A stretch of 64,000 bases of DNA from Phycisphaeraceae bacterium (GTDB lineage Bacteria > Planctomycetota > Phycisphaerae > Phycisphaerales > UBA1924), in contig JAHBWW010000006.1 in NCBI GenBank assembly GCA_019636795.1, positions 39,253-103,252 on the forward strand, written 5' to 3'. This document shows, piece by piece, positions 1-9,028 of the stretch (its first letter is position 1; every line of letters starts with the position of its first letter). The notes under the pieces were generated by a model, which saw nothing but the letters and a program-made list of their open reading frames with translations, made no database searches and was not told the DNA's origin. Made by a program: the position numbers and the translations under genes.

Positions 1-2108
1 CAATACGCACGAAACTGCGACCAGCCTGTCCAGTCCGCCGACCACCGCGTCGTCGCATCGCCCGTAAACGCAAACACGCGCCCCAGCCCATACTGCCACT
101 GAGCTGCAATCGGGTCCTCTTCTTGCCCACGCAGCGTCACCATGCTCAGCCCGCCGCGATCAGCCGCCACCACATACCCCGTGATCGGAGGCACCGCCGC
201 GATCCCACGCATCGACTCGATCGGGGCCGCAACCACCGCCGGTGTAAACGCAGGCCCTTCCCAGATCAACGATCGTTTAACCGTCTGCGCTTCCTTGATG
301 AAGATCTCCGGCAGCGTCGTGATCGCCGCTTGCGAGTTCACCGGATAAAACGTCCCACCCGTGATCTCCGCCATGTCCTTGAGCGTGTTGAAGTCCGCCG
401 TCGAATGCGGGAAGACACCCACCGTGCTGATGCTCACCCCGGCAGCGGCAAACCGCGTCAGGATCGATCGGCTCAACGTCGGGTCGCCGTCCGAAATCAC
501 GATGCAGTGCTTCTGCCCCGCGTCTGCATTCATCAACCCCGCAAGCGCAAGGTTCAGCGATGGATCAAAACTCTGCATGTCGCCGAACGTCAGCTTGTTG
601 ATGGACTGCTTGATCGCCGAGCGATCGTTCAACTGCGACAACGGATGCACCCAGTCCACACCCTGCGACCAGTTCACCTCCACGATCCCCGCAAGGTCGC
701 GGCTCGAAAGCGCATCGACCGCAGCATTGCAGACCTGCTTCCCCCAGTACACCCCGTTGGGCATCTCCACCGAGTGAATCACCATCACCAGCGCGCCACG
801 TGGCATCTGCCGTTTCTGCGGCGGATCCAGTTGAATCGGCAGCGCATCCTCCAGCGGCGAGCCAATCCACCCACCCGCACCAAAACTCTCCGGCCCGCCA
901 ACCATCAAAAGCCCGCCGCCGCTGTCATGCACATACTGCCTTAGAATCTCCTGCTGCCGCTCGCTGAAGTTGTACGAAGGCTGATTCAGCATGATCACAG
1001 CTTCGTACCTGTTGAGCTCTGTCAGCGTCGTCGGCGCGCGTTCACGCGAAACAACTTCCGTGCGAACCTCCGCTTCTCCCAGTGCGCGCACAAAGTGCTG
1101 CGATTCGGCCGCTGAATCCGCAACAACCAGCACCCACCCCTCACGCCCCACAAAAGTCACGCCCTGCGCACGGTTGTTCTCTACCAGCGTATCGGCAGGC
1201 CCGATGATCTCATCGTCTTCGCTCAACGTGCCGATCGGCACAAACTCCGCATCAAACTCCTGTGGCCCCGGCGCCGACGGCGGCACCGGCACCGAAATCA
1301 CGTTCTTCCCCGCATCCAGCACCACCTCATACCCCAGCGATGCCGACGACGGATCAAGATCCACCGCCTCGCCATTCTGCGTCAGCATCAGTCGCCCCAG
1401 CGTCCGCTTGGTCGCGTTGATGACGATGCGCACATTGATCGTTTCCCCGCCACGAACCGTCGAAGGCAGCGCAACCCGCTCCACCATGACCTCGTTGTCA
1501 TAGTTGAGCCTCACCGCCAGCACATCGATCGGCACCCCCATCGCACGCGCATGCTCCGCTGCCGACCGCAGACTCCCAGCCGTCTCATTCCCATCGCTGA
1601 TCAGCACAATCCGGTTCGCCGCGTCGTTGGGCATCACCCCAAGTGCCAGTCGCAGCGCCGACGCCAGATTCGTCGAATCCGTTGAACCCACATACTGCCG
1701 TTCAAGCCCTCGCGTCATGCGACTTGGCAACATCTGCACATACGAACCCGTCCCCGCCGTCACCAACCCGAGGCGATCATCACGTCCCTTCGATGCTTCT
1801 CGCGCCTGATCGATGTAGCCGTCAATCTGCCCATCGAGCGTCCGCGGAATCGATCGGCTCACGTCCTGCACAATCGTCACCGATACGTCCTTGCCCTCGC
1901 GCCGAGACGCAGGCTCCGCCAGCGCGCCAGCCAGCAACGCAATCACCACCACACGCACCGCCAGCGCAACCCAGCGCAACTTCGTATCCATTCCCGACAG
2001 ACTCTTGCGCCCGATCCACCACGACGCCAATCCCAGCACCGGAATCAGCCACAACCACACCGGCCGATCAAACTGAATCGGTCCCAGCACCAACTCTCCA
2101 AACACCAT
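1..2108 (-). CDS. VWA-domain membrane protein with BatA-type N-terminus (N-terminal ~702 aa; C-terminus lies beyond window start)
   Basis: Not in the ORF track because there is no stop inside the window. My reverse-strand translation from ATG 2108 (alternative in-frame ATG 2126) gives MVFGELVLGPIQFDRPVWLWLIPVLGLASWWIGRKSL, a BatA-like double-TM anchor. It continues with VSVTIVQDVSRSI (DxSxS MIDAS of a VWA fold) and later IVISDGDPT, a second VWA-like segment. The frame stays open to base 1. Confidence 0.7.
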   Translation of the reverse strand, partial: MVFGELVLGPIQFDRPVWLWLIPVLGLASWWIGRKSLSGMDTKLRWVALAVRVVVIALLAGALAEPASRREGKDVSVTIVQDVSRSIPRTLDGQIDGYIDQAREASKGRDDRLGLVTAGTGSYVQMLPSRMTRGLERQYVGSTDSTNLASALRLALGVMPNDAANRIVLISDGNETAGSLRSAAEHARAMGVPIDVLAVRLNYDNEVMVERVALPSTVRGGETINVRIVINATKRTLGRLMLTQNGEAVDLDPSSASLGYEVVLDAGKNVISVPVPPSAPGPQEFDAEFVPIGTLSEDDEIIGPADTLVENNRAQGVTFVGREGWVLVVADSAAESQHFVRALGEAEVRTEVVSRERAPTTLTELNRYEAVIMLNQPSYNFSERQQEILRQYVHDSGGGLLMVGGPESFGAGGWIGSPLEDALPIQLDPPQKRQMPRGALVMVIHSVEMPNGVYWGKQVCNAAVDALSSRDLAGIVEVNWSQGVDWVHPLSQLNDRSAIKQSINKLTFGDMQSFDPSLNLALAGLMNADAGQKHCIVISDGDPTLSRSILTRFAAAGVSISTVGVFPHSTADFNTLKDMAEITGGTFYPVNSQAAITTLPEIFIKEAQTVKRSLIWEGPAFTPAVVAAPIESMRGIAAVPPITGYVVAADRGGLSMVTLRGQEEDPIAAQWQYGLGRVFAFTGDATTRWSADWTGWSQFRAY

Positions 2109-2125
2109 CACCTCGCACGCTCGCA

Positions 2126-3220
2126 TCAAGGGACGCTCCTGGACGCACGCGCCTCGCCAAACGCCCATGGCGGATTCAGCCGACGCGCCGATATCCCCGT
2201 CCGCTGCACACGATTGTTCCCCGAATCGAGCACCAACACCTCGCGACCGTTGATCGCAACCCCCCACGGGCTGGCCAATTCGCCCACCATTCTTCCCGCT
2301 GTCCCATGACTCCCAAGCGACGCGCCCGATTCAAGATCCACGATCTGCACCCGGTTGCCCAGAAACTCCACCACCAGCGCCCGCCCGCCCTCGAGCAGCA
2401 CAAGCCCTTGCGGATAGGCAAACGTCGCTTCGCCCGCATCATCTCCGATCCACGCGATCAACTCTCCCTCAAGTGTGAACCTCCCCACCCGATGGCTGCA
2501 CGTATCCGTCATCACGATCTCGCGCCGGGCATGATCGATTTCGATCGACTGAGGCCTCTGAAACTCAACCTCACGCGTTCCCACCACTCCACGCCCATCT
2601 CCAAAACGCCCGAACGCAAACGAGAATCGAATCTCGCCCTCAGCCACATCCCACACGCTGATCCGATCGTTCCCGCCATACTCCGTAACATACAACCTCG
2701 TCACCGCCCCATGCTCATCAAGAAGCGGCGCAACATCAGTCAGATACACAAACTGCCCATCCCCCGTGCCATAACTCCCAAACGAAAGCAACGGCTCGCG
2801 CGGCACCCGCGGATCCTCTCGCGAATCGCTCGGCACGTCATACACCATCACGCGGTGATAGTGCGTGTCCGCGATGTACAGCACTTGCCGCCCCGCATCG
2901 AAAGGATGCGAACCGATCGTCACGCCCGTCGGCTTGCCAAGATCAAGCTCCGGCATCCGAAACCCGCCCAGAAATTCCCCGGTCCGAGCATCCAGCCTCT
3001 GCACCCGTGCCGTCTTGTCAATCACCACCATCCAGCCCATCGAGGCGTCAATCGCACGCGGATAGCTGAACTGCCCCGGCGCGACACCGATCTCACCAAC
3101 AACCCCGTTCACTGTCAGCGGGCCATCATTCCCCCTGTCCGCACAGCCACCAAACGCAGCAATCGCCCACACCACTGCCGCGCGCCACAGGATTGGTCGG
3201 CCATTTGCCATCGACTCCAT
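2126..3220 (-). CDS. NHL-repeat beta-propeller lipoprotein
   Basis: Track ORF 2126..3313, trimmed to MESMANGRPILWRAAVVWAIAAFGGC (signal peptide plus lipobox Cys). Recurrent NHL-like units: GQFSYPRAID, GDGQFVYLTDV, FQRPQSIEID, FAYPQGLVLL, LASPWGVAING. Confidence 0.7.
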   Translation of the reverse strand: MESMANGRPILWRAAVVWAIAAFGGCADRGNDGPLTVNGVVGEIGVAPGQFSYPRAIDASMGWMVVIDKTARVQRLDARTGEFLGGFRMPELDLGKPTGVTIGSHPFDAGRQVLYIADTHYHRVMVYDVPSDSREDPRVPREPLLSFGSYGTGDGQFVYLTDVAPLLDEHGAVTRLYVTEYGGNDRISVWDVAEGEIRFSFAFGRFGDGRGVVGTREVEFQRPQSIEIDHARREIVMTDTCSHRVGRFTLEGELIAWIGDDAGEATFAYPQGLVLLEGGRALVVEFLGNRVQIVDLESGASLGSHGTAGRMVGELASPWGVAINGREVLVLDSGNNRVQRTGISARRLNPPWAFGEARASRSVP

Positions 3221-3245
3221 GGTACAGGCTTCCGCTTTCGAGGGT

Positions 3246-4925
3246 TCAAATTCCGCGCCGTGATCCCCAAATTGCAACCGAAGCCACACCTGAAAGCACC
3301 AACCCGCCCCCAATCAACCACGCCGCAGCCGCCGACAACTCCTCAAGCCGCGAAAAATGCAGGTAGCCCAGAATCTGCTGCGCAAGATTCCCCCGCCCCG
3401 GCGACTGCACCATCATCGTCGCCTCGATCTCATGGAACCCCATCAATCCAACAACAGCCGCCGCTCCGATCAACACCGGCAACTGCCAGGGCAGCGACGC
3501 CAGCCACCACCCACGTACCCCCGCCGCTCCGTCAAGCCAGCGCAGATCCCTTCGATCCCGAGGCTCACTCCACCCGACCACACAACCCGCCAGCGCCGCA
3601 ACACACCCAAATCGCACCAGATGTCCGATCACCACCAGCACATCTCCCGCGATGCCATGCCCAACTCCAACCCGCGCCAGGGCCGACCCGATCAACACCC
3701 CCGGCACCAACGCCGCAACTATCCACACCGACAACACCGCAATCACCCACCGCCGCGCCCACACGCCCCGGCCTGTCCCGATCGCGCACGCCATCGCGCC
3801 ACCGATCAACACCGCAGCCCCGGCGTCAATCGCCGCCACGATCGCGCCATGTCCAACCGCCTCCCCAGACAACATCCAGAACCGCCCGATCGAACTCCAA
3901 TGCCGAATCGACGCTGCAAACAACCCCAGCGGCACCAGCACGCTCGCGCCCCACACCACCACAGCCAGCACTTTCGCAACCCTGCTCACTCTTGCCGGCG
4001 TCGGGTCATCCTCGCGATGGTCACGATGCTGCATGCCGACCCAGAGCGCGATTGCCGCTCCGCCAACCAGCGCCGCGCCAAACAACGGCCACGCGCCCAC
4101 CCAGATTTTGTCCCAATCCACGCTGGCTGCTTCGCTCAGCCTGCGCCACAGATCAATCGCAAGCGTCTCGACCTGCGCCAAATGCAGCGGCAGCGCTGAC
4201 CCCAGCATCACCAGTGACACCGCTCCCGTCGCACCCGCGACCCCCGCCGCGTGCATCCGCAATTTTTCTCGCGCTCGTCGCAATCCACCCGCTTCCAGCC
4301 TCATCGCATCATCAACCGCCGCGCCCACGCGCACAAGCGAAGGACGCAGCATCAACGCCGCAATCGGCCACGCCCACATCGCCAACCCCACAATCGCAAG
4401 CCCGCGCCCCACCCCAATCGTCACCCACGCATGCCCCGACACCGCAAGCCTCGTCAGCATGTCCCCGACCATCCAGCTCGGATCGCGCACCAGTCCATAC
4501 CCCGAATACGCCAGGTACGGCGGCATCAACACCGGCACCAGCAACAACCCCGACCACCGCCCGCGCCCACCCGCCATCACGCACGCCGGAAACCACGCCA
4601 GCATCGTCGCCAGGAACCCAATCATCACCGCAACGCCCACCGTCACCCCGAGCACACGCATCGACCGAATCTCAAACGCGTCGCGCCCGCTCCACAGCCC
4701 GCCGGCCATCGGCACAATCACCGGCCCAAGCACCACAACACTCACCGCGCAGAGCACAATCATCGCAATCGGCAGTCGTGTTGTGTCGGCTCTGAACCTC
4801 ATCCGATTGTTCTGCTCCCATTCGATCGTGCTGCCCATCAGTGTAACGATGCCCTCGGCCGGCACGCATGACTTCGCCACACGCCCATCACCCGCGCAGC
4901 ACGCCCGCAGGCGCACTACCATCAC
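3246..4925 (-). CDS. polytopic membrane protein, probable fused two-domain ABC-transporter permease (iron(III)/thiamine-type layout)
   Basis: 559-aa ORF with about 12 hydrophobic segments. There is an EAA-loop-like segment (DDAMRLEAGGLRRAREKL) in the middle, and a tail (NLAQQILGYLHFSRLEELSAAAAWLIGGG) typical of such permeases. Start uncertain. No ATPase or binding-protein gene adjacent. Confidence 0.45.
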   Translation of the reverse strand: MMVVRLRACCAGDGRVAKSCVPAEGIVTLMGSTIEWEQNNRMRFRADTTRLPIAMIVLCAVSVVVLGPVIVPMAGGLWSGRDAFEIRSMRVLGVTVGVAVMIGFLATMLAWFPACVMAGGRGRWSGLLLVPVLMPPYLAYSGYGLVRDPSWMVGDMLTRLAVSGHAWVTIGVGRGLAIVGLAMWAWPIAALMLRPSLVRVGAAVDDAMRLEAGGLRRAREKLRMHAAGVAGATGAVSLVMLGSALPLHLAQVETLAIDLWRRLSEAASVDWDKIWVGAWPLFGAALVGGAAIALWVGMQHRDHREDDPTPARVSRVAKVLAVVVWGASVLVPLGLFAASIRHWSSIGRFWMLSGEAVGHGAIVAAIDAGAAVLIGGAMACAIGTGRGVWARRWVIAVLSVWIVAALVPGVLIGSALARVGVGHGIAGDVLVVIGHLVRFGCVAALAGCVVGWSEPRDRRDLRWLDGAAGVRGWWLASLPWQLPVLIGAAAVVGLMGFHEIEATMMVQSPGRGNLAQQILGYLHFSRLEELSAAAAWLIGGGLVLSGVASVAIWGSRRGI

Positions 4926-5041
4926 GAGCCGCGACTACACCTGGGATCGGGTGCGCTGGTAGACTTCGTTGCCGCTCAGCCGCGTAGGCTCAGCGATCTC
5001 ACACTTTTCGTTCTGTCGCATTCTCATCGAGCGACCTCATC

Positions 5042-5527
5042 ATGATTGATATTCGAAAACTCAAAGAACTCGTTCGACTCATGGTCGAAAACGAACTCAC
5101 CGAACTCGACCTTCAGGATCAGCAGGAGACCGTTAAAATCAAAAGAGGTGCCGACCTCGCACCAGTTATATATCAGGGCCACAACGCCCCAGCACCCACC
5201 TACGCACACGCTGCTTCATACGCCTCGTCCGACGACGACTCGGCACGGGCCGCAGCCAACGGCACCACCGCAATCGATGACCCCGACCTCCTCGCCATCG
5301 AATCCCCAATGGTCGGAACCTTCTACTCCGCGCCCAACCCCGACTCCGACGCCTACGTCTCCGCAGGGTCAACCATCTCCGACGACTCCGTCGTCTGCCT
5401 CGTCGAAGCCATGAAAGTCTTCAACGAAATCAAGTCCGGGGTCTCAGGTCGCGTCGAGCAGATCCTCGTCAAGGACGGCGACGCCGTTGAGTTCGGACAA
5501 AAACTCTTCCTCGTTCGCCCAAACTGA
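5042..5527 (+). CDS. accB: acetyl-CoA carboxylase biotin carboxyl carrier protein
   Basis: C-terminal lipoyl/biotinyl fold with SPMVGTFY and the biotinylation motif VEAMKVFNEI. Sits directly upstream of accC. Confidence 0.95.
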   Translation: MIDIRKLKELVRLMVENELTELDLQDQQETVKIKRGADLAPVIYQGHNAPAPTYAHAASYASSDDDSARAAANGTTAIDDPDLLAIESPMVGTFYSAPNPDSDAYVSAGSTISDDSVVCLVEAMKVFNEIKSGVSGRVEQILVKDGDAVEFGQKLFLVRPN

Positions 5528-5548
5528 TCGACCAACACGCGAGCATCC

Positions 5549-6889
5549 ATGTTCAAGAGAGTCCTCATCGCAAACCGGGGCGAGATCGCCCTTCGCATCA
5601 TCCGCGCATGCCAGGAACTCGGCATCGAGACCGTCTGCGTCTATTCCGAAGCCGATCGCGCAGCGCCATACCTCCGCCTCGCCGACCGCGCCATCTGCAT
5701 CGGACCCCCGCCCGCACGCGAAAGCTACCTCAACATCTCCCGCATCATCTCCGCAGCCGAAGTCGCCGATGTCGATGCCATTCACCCCGGCTACGGCTTC
5801 CTCTCCGAACGCCCCGACTTCTCCGAAGTCTGTCGCGACTGCAAAATCGAGTTCATCGGCCCAAGCCCCGAAGCAATGAAACGCCTCGGTGACAAAGTCG
5901 AAGCAAAACGTTTCGCAAAAGCCGCAAAAGTCCCCATCTTCCCCGGCTCCGAAGGTGCCATCGAAACCGAAGACGAAGCCGTAGAAGTCGCAAACGAAAT
6001 CGGATACCCCGTCATCATCAAGGCTGCAGCCGGCGGCGGCGGACGCGGCATGCGCGTCTGCCACAACGAAGCAACCCTCCGCGCCAACATCAAAAAAGCA
6101 CAACAGGAAGCACTCGCTGCCTTTGGCAACGGCTCAGTCTTTGTCGAAAAATTCCTCGAAGCCGCTCGTCATGTCGAAGTCCAGGTCCTCGGCGACAAAA
6201 AAGGCAACGCCGTTCACCTCTTCGAACGCGATTGCTCCATGCAACGCCGACACCAGAAAGTCATCGAAGAAGCCCCCGGCCCCGGCATCGACCGTAAAAA
6301 AATCCTCGCCGTCTGCGAATCCGCCGCACGCCTCGTCCGCAGTGCCGAATACGCCGGTGCGGCCACCGTCGAGTTCCTCATGGACTCGAAGCAGAACTTC
6401 TACATGCTCGAAGTCAACACCCGCGTCCAGGTCGAGCATCCCGTTACAGAACTCATCACAGGCATCGATATCGTCAAAATGTCGATCCTCGTCGCCTCCG
6501 GTGCCGCCCTTCCGTTCAAGCAGAAAGACATCTCCATCCGAGGCCACGCCATCGAGTGCCGAATCAACGCCGAGGACCCCACCAAAAACTTCATGCCCTC
6601 CGCAGGGCGCATCGACACCTGGGAACTCCCCGGAGGCCCCGGCGTCCGCATCGACTCCCACGTCATCCCAGGCTACTACGTCCCGCCAAACTACGACTCC
6701 ATGATCGGCAAACTCATCGTCCACGCCGACACGCGCGAAGAAGCGATCGATCGCGCAGCACGCGCACTCCGCGAGTTCCGCGTCGGACCCATCAAGACCA
6801 CCATCGACCTGCATCACCGCCTCATGCAGGATTCCGCATTCAAAACCGGTGGGATCGACATCCACTATCTCGAACGCATCCTCAAGTAA
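5549..6889 (+). CDS. accC: acetyl-CoA carboxylase biotin carboxylase subunit
   Basis: MFKRVLIANRGEIALRIIRAC, glycine loop AAAGGGGRGMRV, LEVNTRVQVEHPVTE. 446 aa, a typical ATP-grasp biotin carboxylase. Confidence 0.97.
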   Translation: MFKRVLIANRGEIALRIIRACQELGIETVCVYSEADRAAPYLRLADRAICIGPPPARESYLNISRIISAAEVADVDAIHPGYGFLSERPDFSEVCRDCKIEFIGPSPEAMKRLGDKVEAKRFAKAAKVPIFPGSEGAIETEDEAVEVANEIGYPVIIKAAAGGGGRGMRVCHNEATLRANIKKAQQEALAAFGNGSVFVEKFLEAARHVEVQVLGDKKGNAVHLFERDCSMQRRHQKVIEEAPGPGIDRKKILAVCESAARLVRSAEYAGAATVEFLMDSKQNFYMLEVNTRVQVEHPVTELITGIDIVKMSILVASGAALPFKQKDISIRGHAIECRINAEDPTKNFMPSAGRIDTWELPGGPGVRIDSHVIPGYYVPPNYDSMIGKLIVHADTREEAIDRAARALREFRVGPIKTTIDLHHRLMQDSAFKTGGIDIHYLERILK

Positions 6890-7382
6890 TCGCGCCCTTC
6901 TCCTGCCGCAGATCCGCAAACACCTCCGCAGGCACATACCGCGACACGATCTCCTCCCACCCTTCCGGCCCGATCATCCCTTTCACGAAACTCGACGAAA
7001 TCTCGCACAACTCCCGAGGCGGCATCAAAAAAACCGTCGTCAGCCCGGGGTTCAGGTCGCTGTTCACATACCGCATCCCACGCTCATACTGATAGTCCGC
7101 CTCATGGCGGATGCCGCGAATCACAAAAGCCGCGCCAACCTTCCGCGCATAGTGCGCCAGAAACTCGTTCTCGATGCTCGCAACCTCAACGTTGGGGTGC
7201 TTGCGCAACACCGTCCGTAGCCAGCCTAGACGCTGTTTCAGTGAATACGAGTACGACTTCTCAGGGTTTTGCGCCACCGCCACGATCAACCGATCGAACA
7301 ACGCCGCACTCTGTTCGATCATCCACACATGCCCGTTGGTGGGGGGGTCAAAACTGCCCGCATAAACCGCGACTTGGCTCAT
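6882..7382 (-). CDS. coaD: phosphopantetheine adenylyltransferase
   Basis: VAVYAGSFDPPTNGH nucleotidyltransferase motif, 166 aa. 8-nt convergent overlap with the accC stop. Confidence 0.95.
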   Translation of the reverse strand: MSQVAVYAGSFDPPTNGHVWMIEQSAALFDRLIVAVAQNPEKSYSYSLKQRLGWLRTVLRKHPNVEVASIENEFLAHYARKVGAAFVIRGIRHEADYQYERGMRYVNSDLNPGLTTVFLMPPRELCEISSSFVKGMIGPEGWEEIVSRYVPAEVFADLRQEKGAIT

Positions 7383-7545
7383 ACCCGCAGCATATCCGAT
7401 CCGCCCACCCCTAGCCGCCTCAAATTTTTCTGCCCTCTCCTGAGAGATTCCCCGCCCAGCAACAGAAGTATGGCGTCAGCAACCAACGCACGCACCTGTC
7501 GCCGTGCTCAACCAGGTCACTCAGCCTTTCAGGAGAAGAATCACA

Positions 7546-8235
7546 ATGAAGACTCGCACCGTAATCCTCGCCTCATCCCTTGCACTCACCCTCGCCTCTG
7601 CAGCCAACGCCTCAGTGTTCAACTTCCGTTCCGGCTACGTCGGAAACGCACCGGGCACCTTCGGCCAACTCGAAGACGACATCTCATGCCTCGGCATGCC
7701 CACCGGCACCATTCCCCTCACCGCTGCAAACTTCGCCGCCGCCTCCTCCGGTCCAATGGCCTACGTCATCCAGCCCCACAACGCATGGACCGCTCTCCTC
7801 CCCTCCGACAATCAGGCACGCTGGATCAACCCCGACATTTTCAATGCCGCCAACCCCCTCGGCGCGCCACGCTCCGCGATCTACGCCATCAACTTCACCG
7901 TCCCCAACTGGGCCTCCGCAACCAGCGCCACCTTCTCCATGGACTGGATGATCGACGACGTCCTCGGCGACAACAGCAACGTCGGGATCTACATCAACAA
8001 TCCCGCCCAGGGACTCAACATCTCCGGCGGAAACTTCGCAACCCCAACCAACGGCTTCGCAAACATCCCCACATCATGGCTCGGACTCAACAACACCCTC
8101 TACATCTACCAGTGGGACGCAGGCGCAGTCGTCAGCGGCATCATCTTCTCAGGCTCCATCCGTGTTGTCCCCACTCCAGCCTCAGCAGCACTCCTCGGCC
8201 TCGGCGCACTCGCAATCACACGCCGCCGCCGCTGA
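7546..8235 (+). CDS. PEP-CTERM-anchored secreted protein
   Basis: ATG 7546 lies behind AGGAGAAG. Signal peptide MKTRTVILASSLALTLASAANA. C-terminus VPTPASAALLGLGALAITRRRR (VPxP + TM + Arg cluster) is a PEP-CTERM sorting signal. Confidence 0.75.
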   Translation: MKTRTVILASSLALTLASAANASVFNFRSGYVGNAPGTFGQLEDDISCLGMPTGTIPLTAANFAAASSGPMAYVIQPHNAWTALLPSDNQARWINPDIFNAANPLGAPRSAIYAINFTVPNWASATSATFSMDWMIDDVLGDNSNVGIYINNPAQGLNISGGNFATPTNGFANIPTSWLGLNNTLYIYQWDAGAVVSGIIFSGSIRVVPTPASAALLGLGALAITRRRR

Positions 8236-8333
8236 ACACTCGCTCCGGCACCCGCGACATCAGTCTCACCTCTCACAGTCTCTCCCTCTCTCTCACAGCG
8301 TCGCCTCGCGCGACGTTGTGCGTTTTGTCGCGC

Positions 8334-8957
8334 CTACCACAACCGACGACTCGCCCAAGGCACCGCAACCCGCCCGATCAACACCGCAATCGCCCCCTTG
8401 ATCACCGCACCAGGCAAAAACGGATACAGCCCGCCCTCCAGCGCGCGTTCAATCCCGAACCCGTTCACCACCGCCAGCCAAGGCACCCCAACCCCGAAGA
8501 TCACAATCTCCGCCGCCAAAACCGCAACCACCAACGCCCCCCATCCACGCACCGATCCGTCGCGCCGCTTCACAATCCATCCGACCACCGGCTGACACGC
8601 CACAAACCCCACCAGATATCCCCCCGTCTGCCCCAGTATCGCCGCTGCCCCCTTCTCTCCCTCAGCAAAAACGCTCGCACCAACAATCCCCATCAGCACA
8701 TACAAACCCATCGACGCCGCCCCAAGCCGAGGCCCAAGACACATCGCCGCAAGCAGCACCGCAAGCGTCTGCATCGTCATCGGCACACCATCCGGTGGCA
8801 ACGGCACCGCTACGTGCGCCCCCAGACTCGTCAGCAGCGCAAAACCCGGCACCAGCATCAGCCGCAGGAGCGCCGCCCACCGCGCACCGCTTTCATCGCC
8901 CGCTTGCCCTATCGCTTCACGCAACATAGATCGCAAGCATACCGCTCTCGCAAGCAT
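8334..8957 (-). CDS. bioY: BioY-family biotin transporter
   Basis: GAHVAVPLPPDGVPMTMQTLAVLLAAMCLGPRLG and GGYLVGF signatures, multi-TM. The track start 8969 is TTG; the first ATG is at 8957. Confidence 0.8.
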   Translation of the reverse strand: MLARAVCLRSMLREAIGQAGDESGARWAALLRLMLVPGFALLTSLGAHVAVPLPPDGVPMTMQTLAVLLAAMCLGPRLGAASMGLYVLMGIVGASVFAEGEKGAAAILGQTGGYLVGFVACQPVVGWIVKRRDGSVRGWGALVVAVLAAEIVIFGVGVPWLAVVNGFGIERALEGGLYPFLPGAVIKGAIAVLIGRVAVPWASRRLW

Positions 8958-9028
8958 GCGACAAAACAACCGCAGCGGGCGCTCCCCTCACAGGCTCGCC
9001 CGCCGCAGTATCAATGAACTCACTCACA

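Noticed and set aside
1643-4795. 1050-aa plus-strand ORF, the longest open frame in the first 5 kb
   Set aside because: It is extremely Pro/Arg/Ser/Thr/His-rich and low-complexity, with no motifs. It lies antisense to three minus-strand genes that have clear domain signatures (VWA, NHL, permease). This is a typical high-GC antisense artefact.
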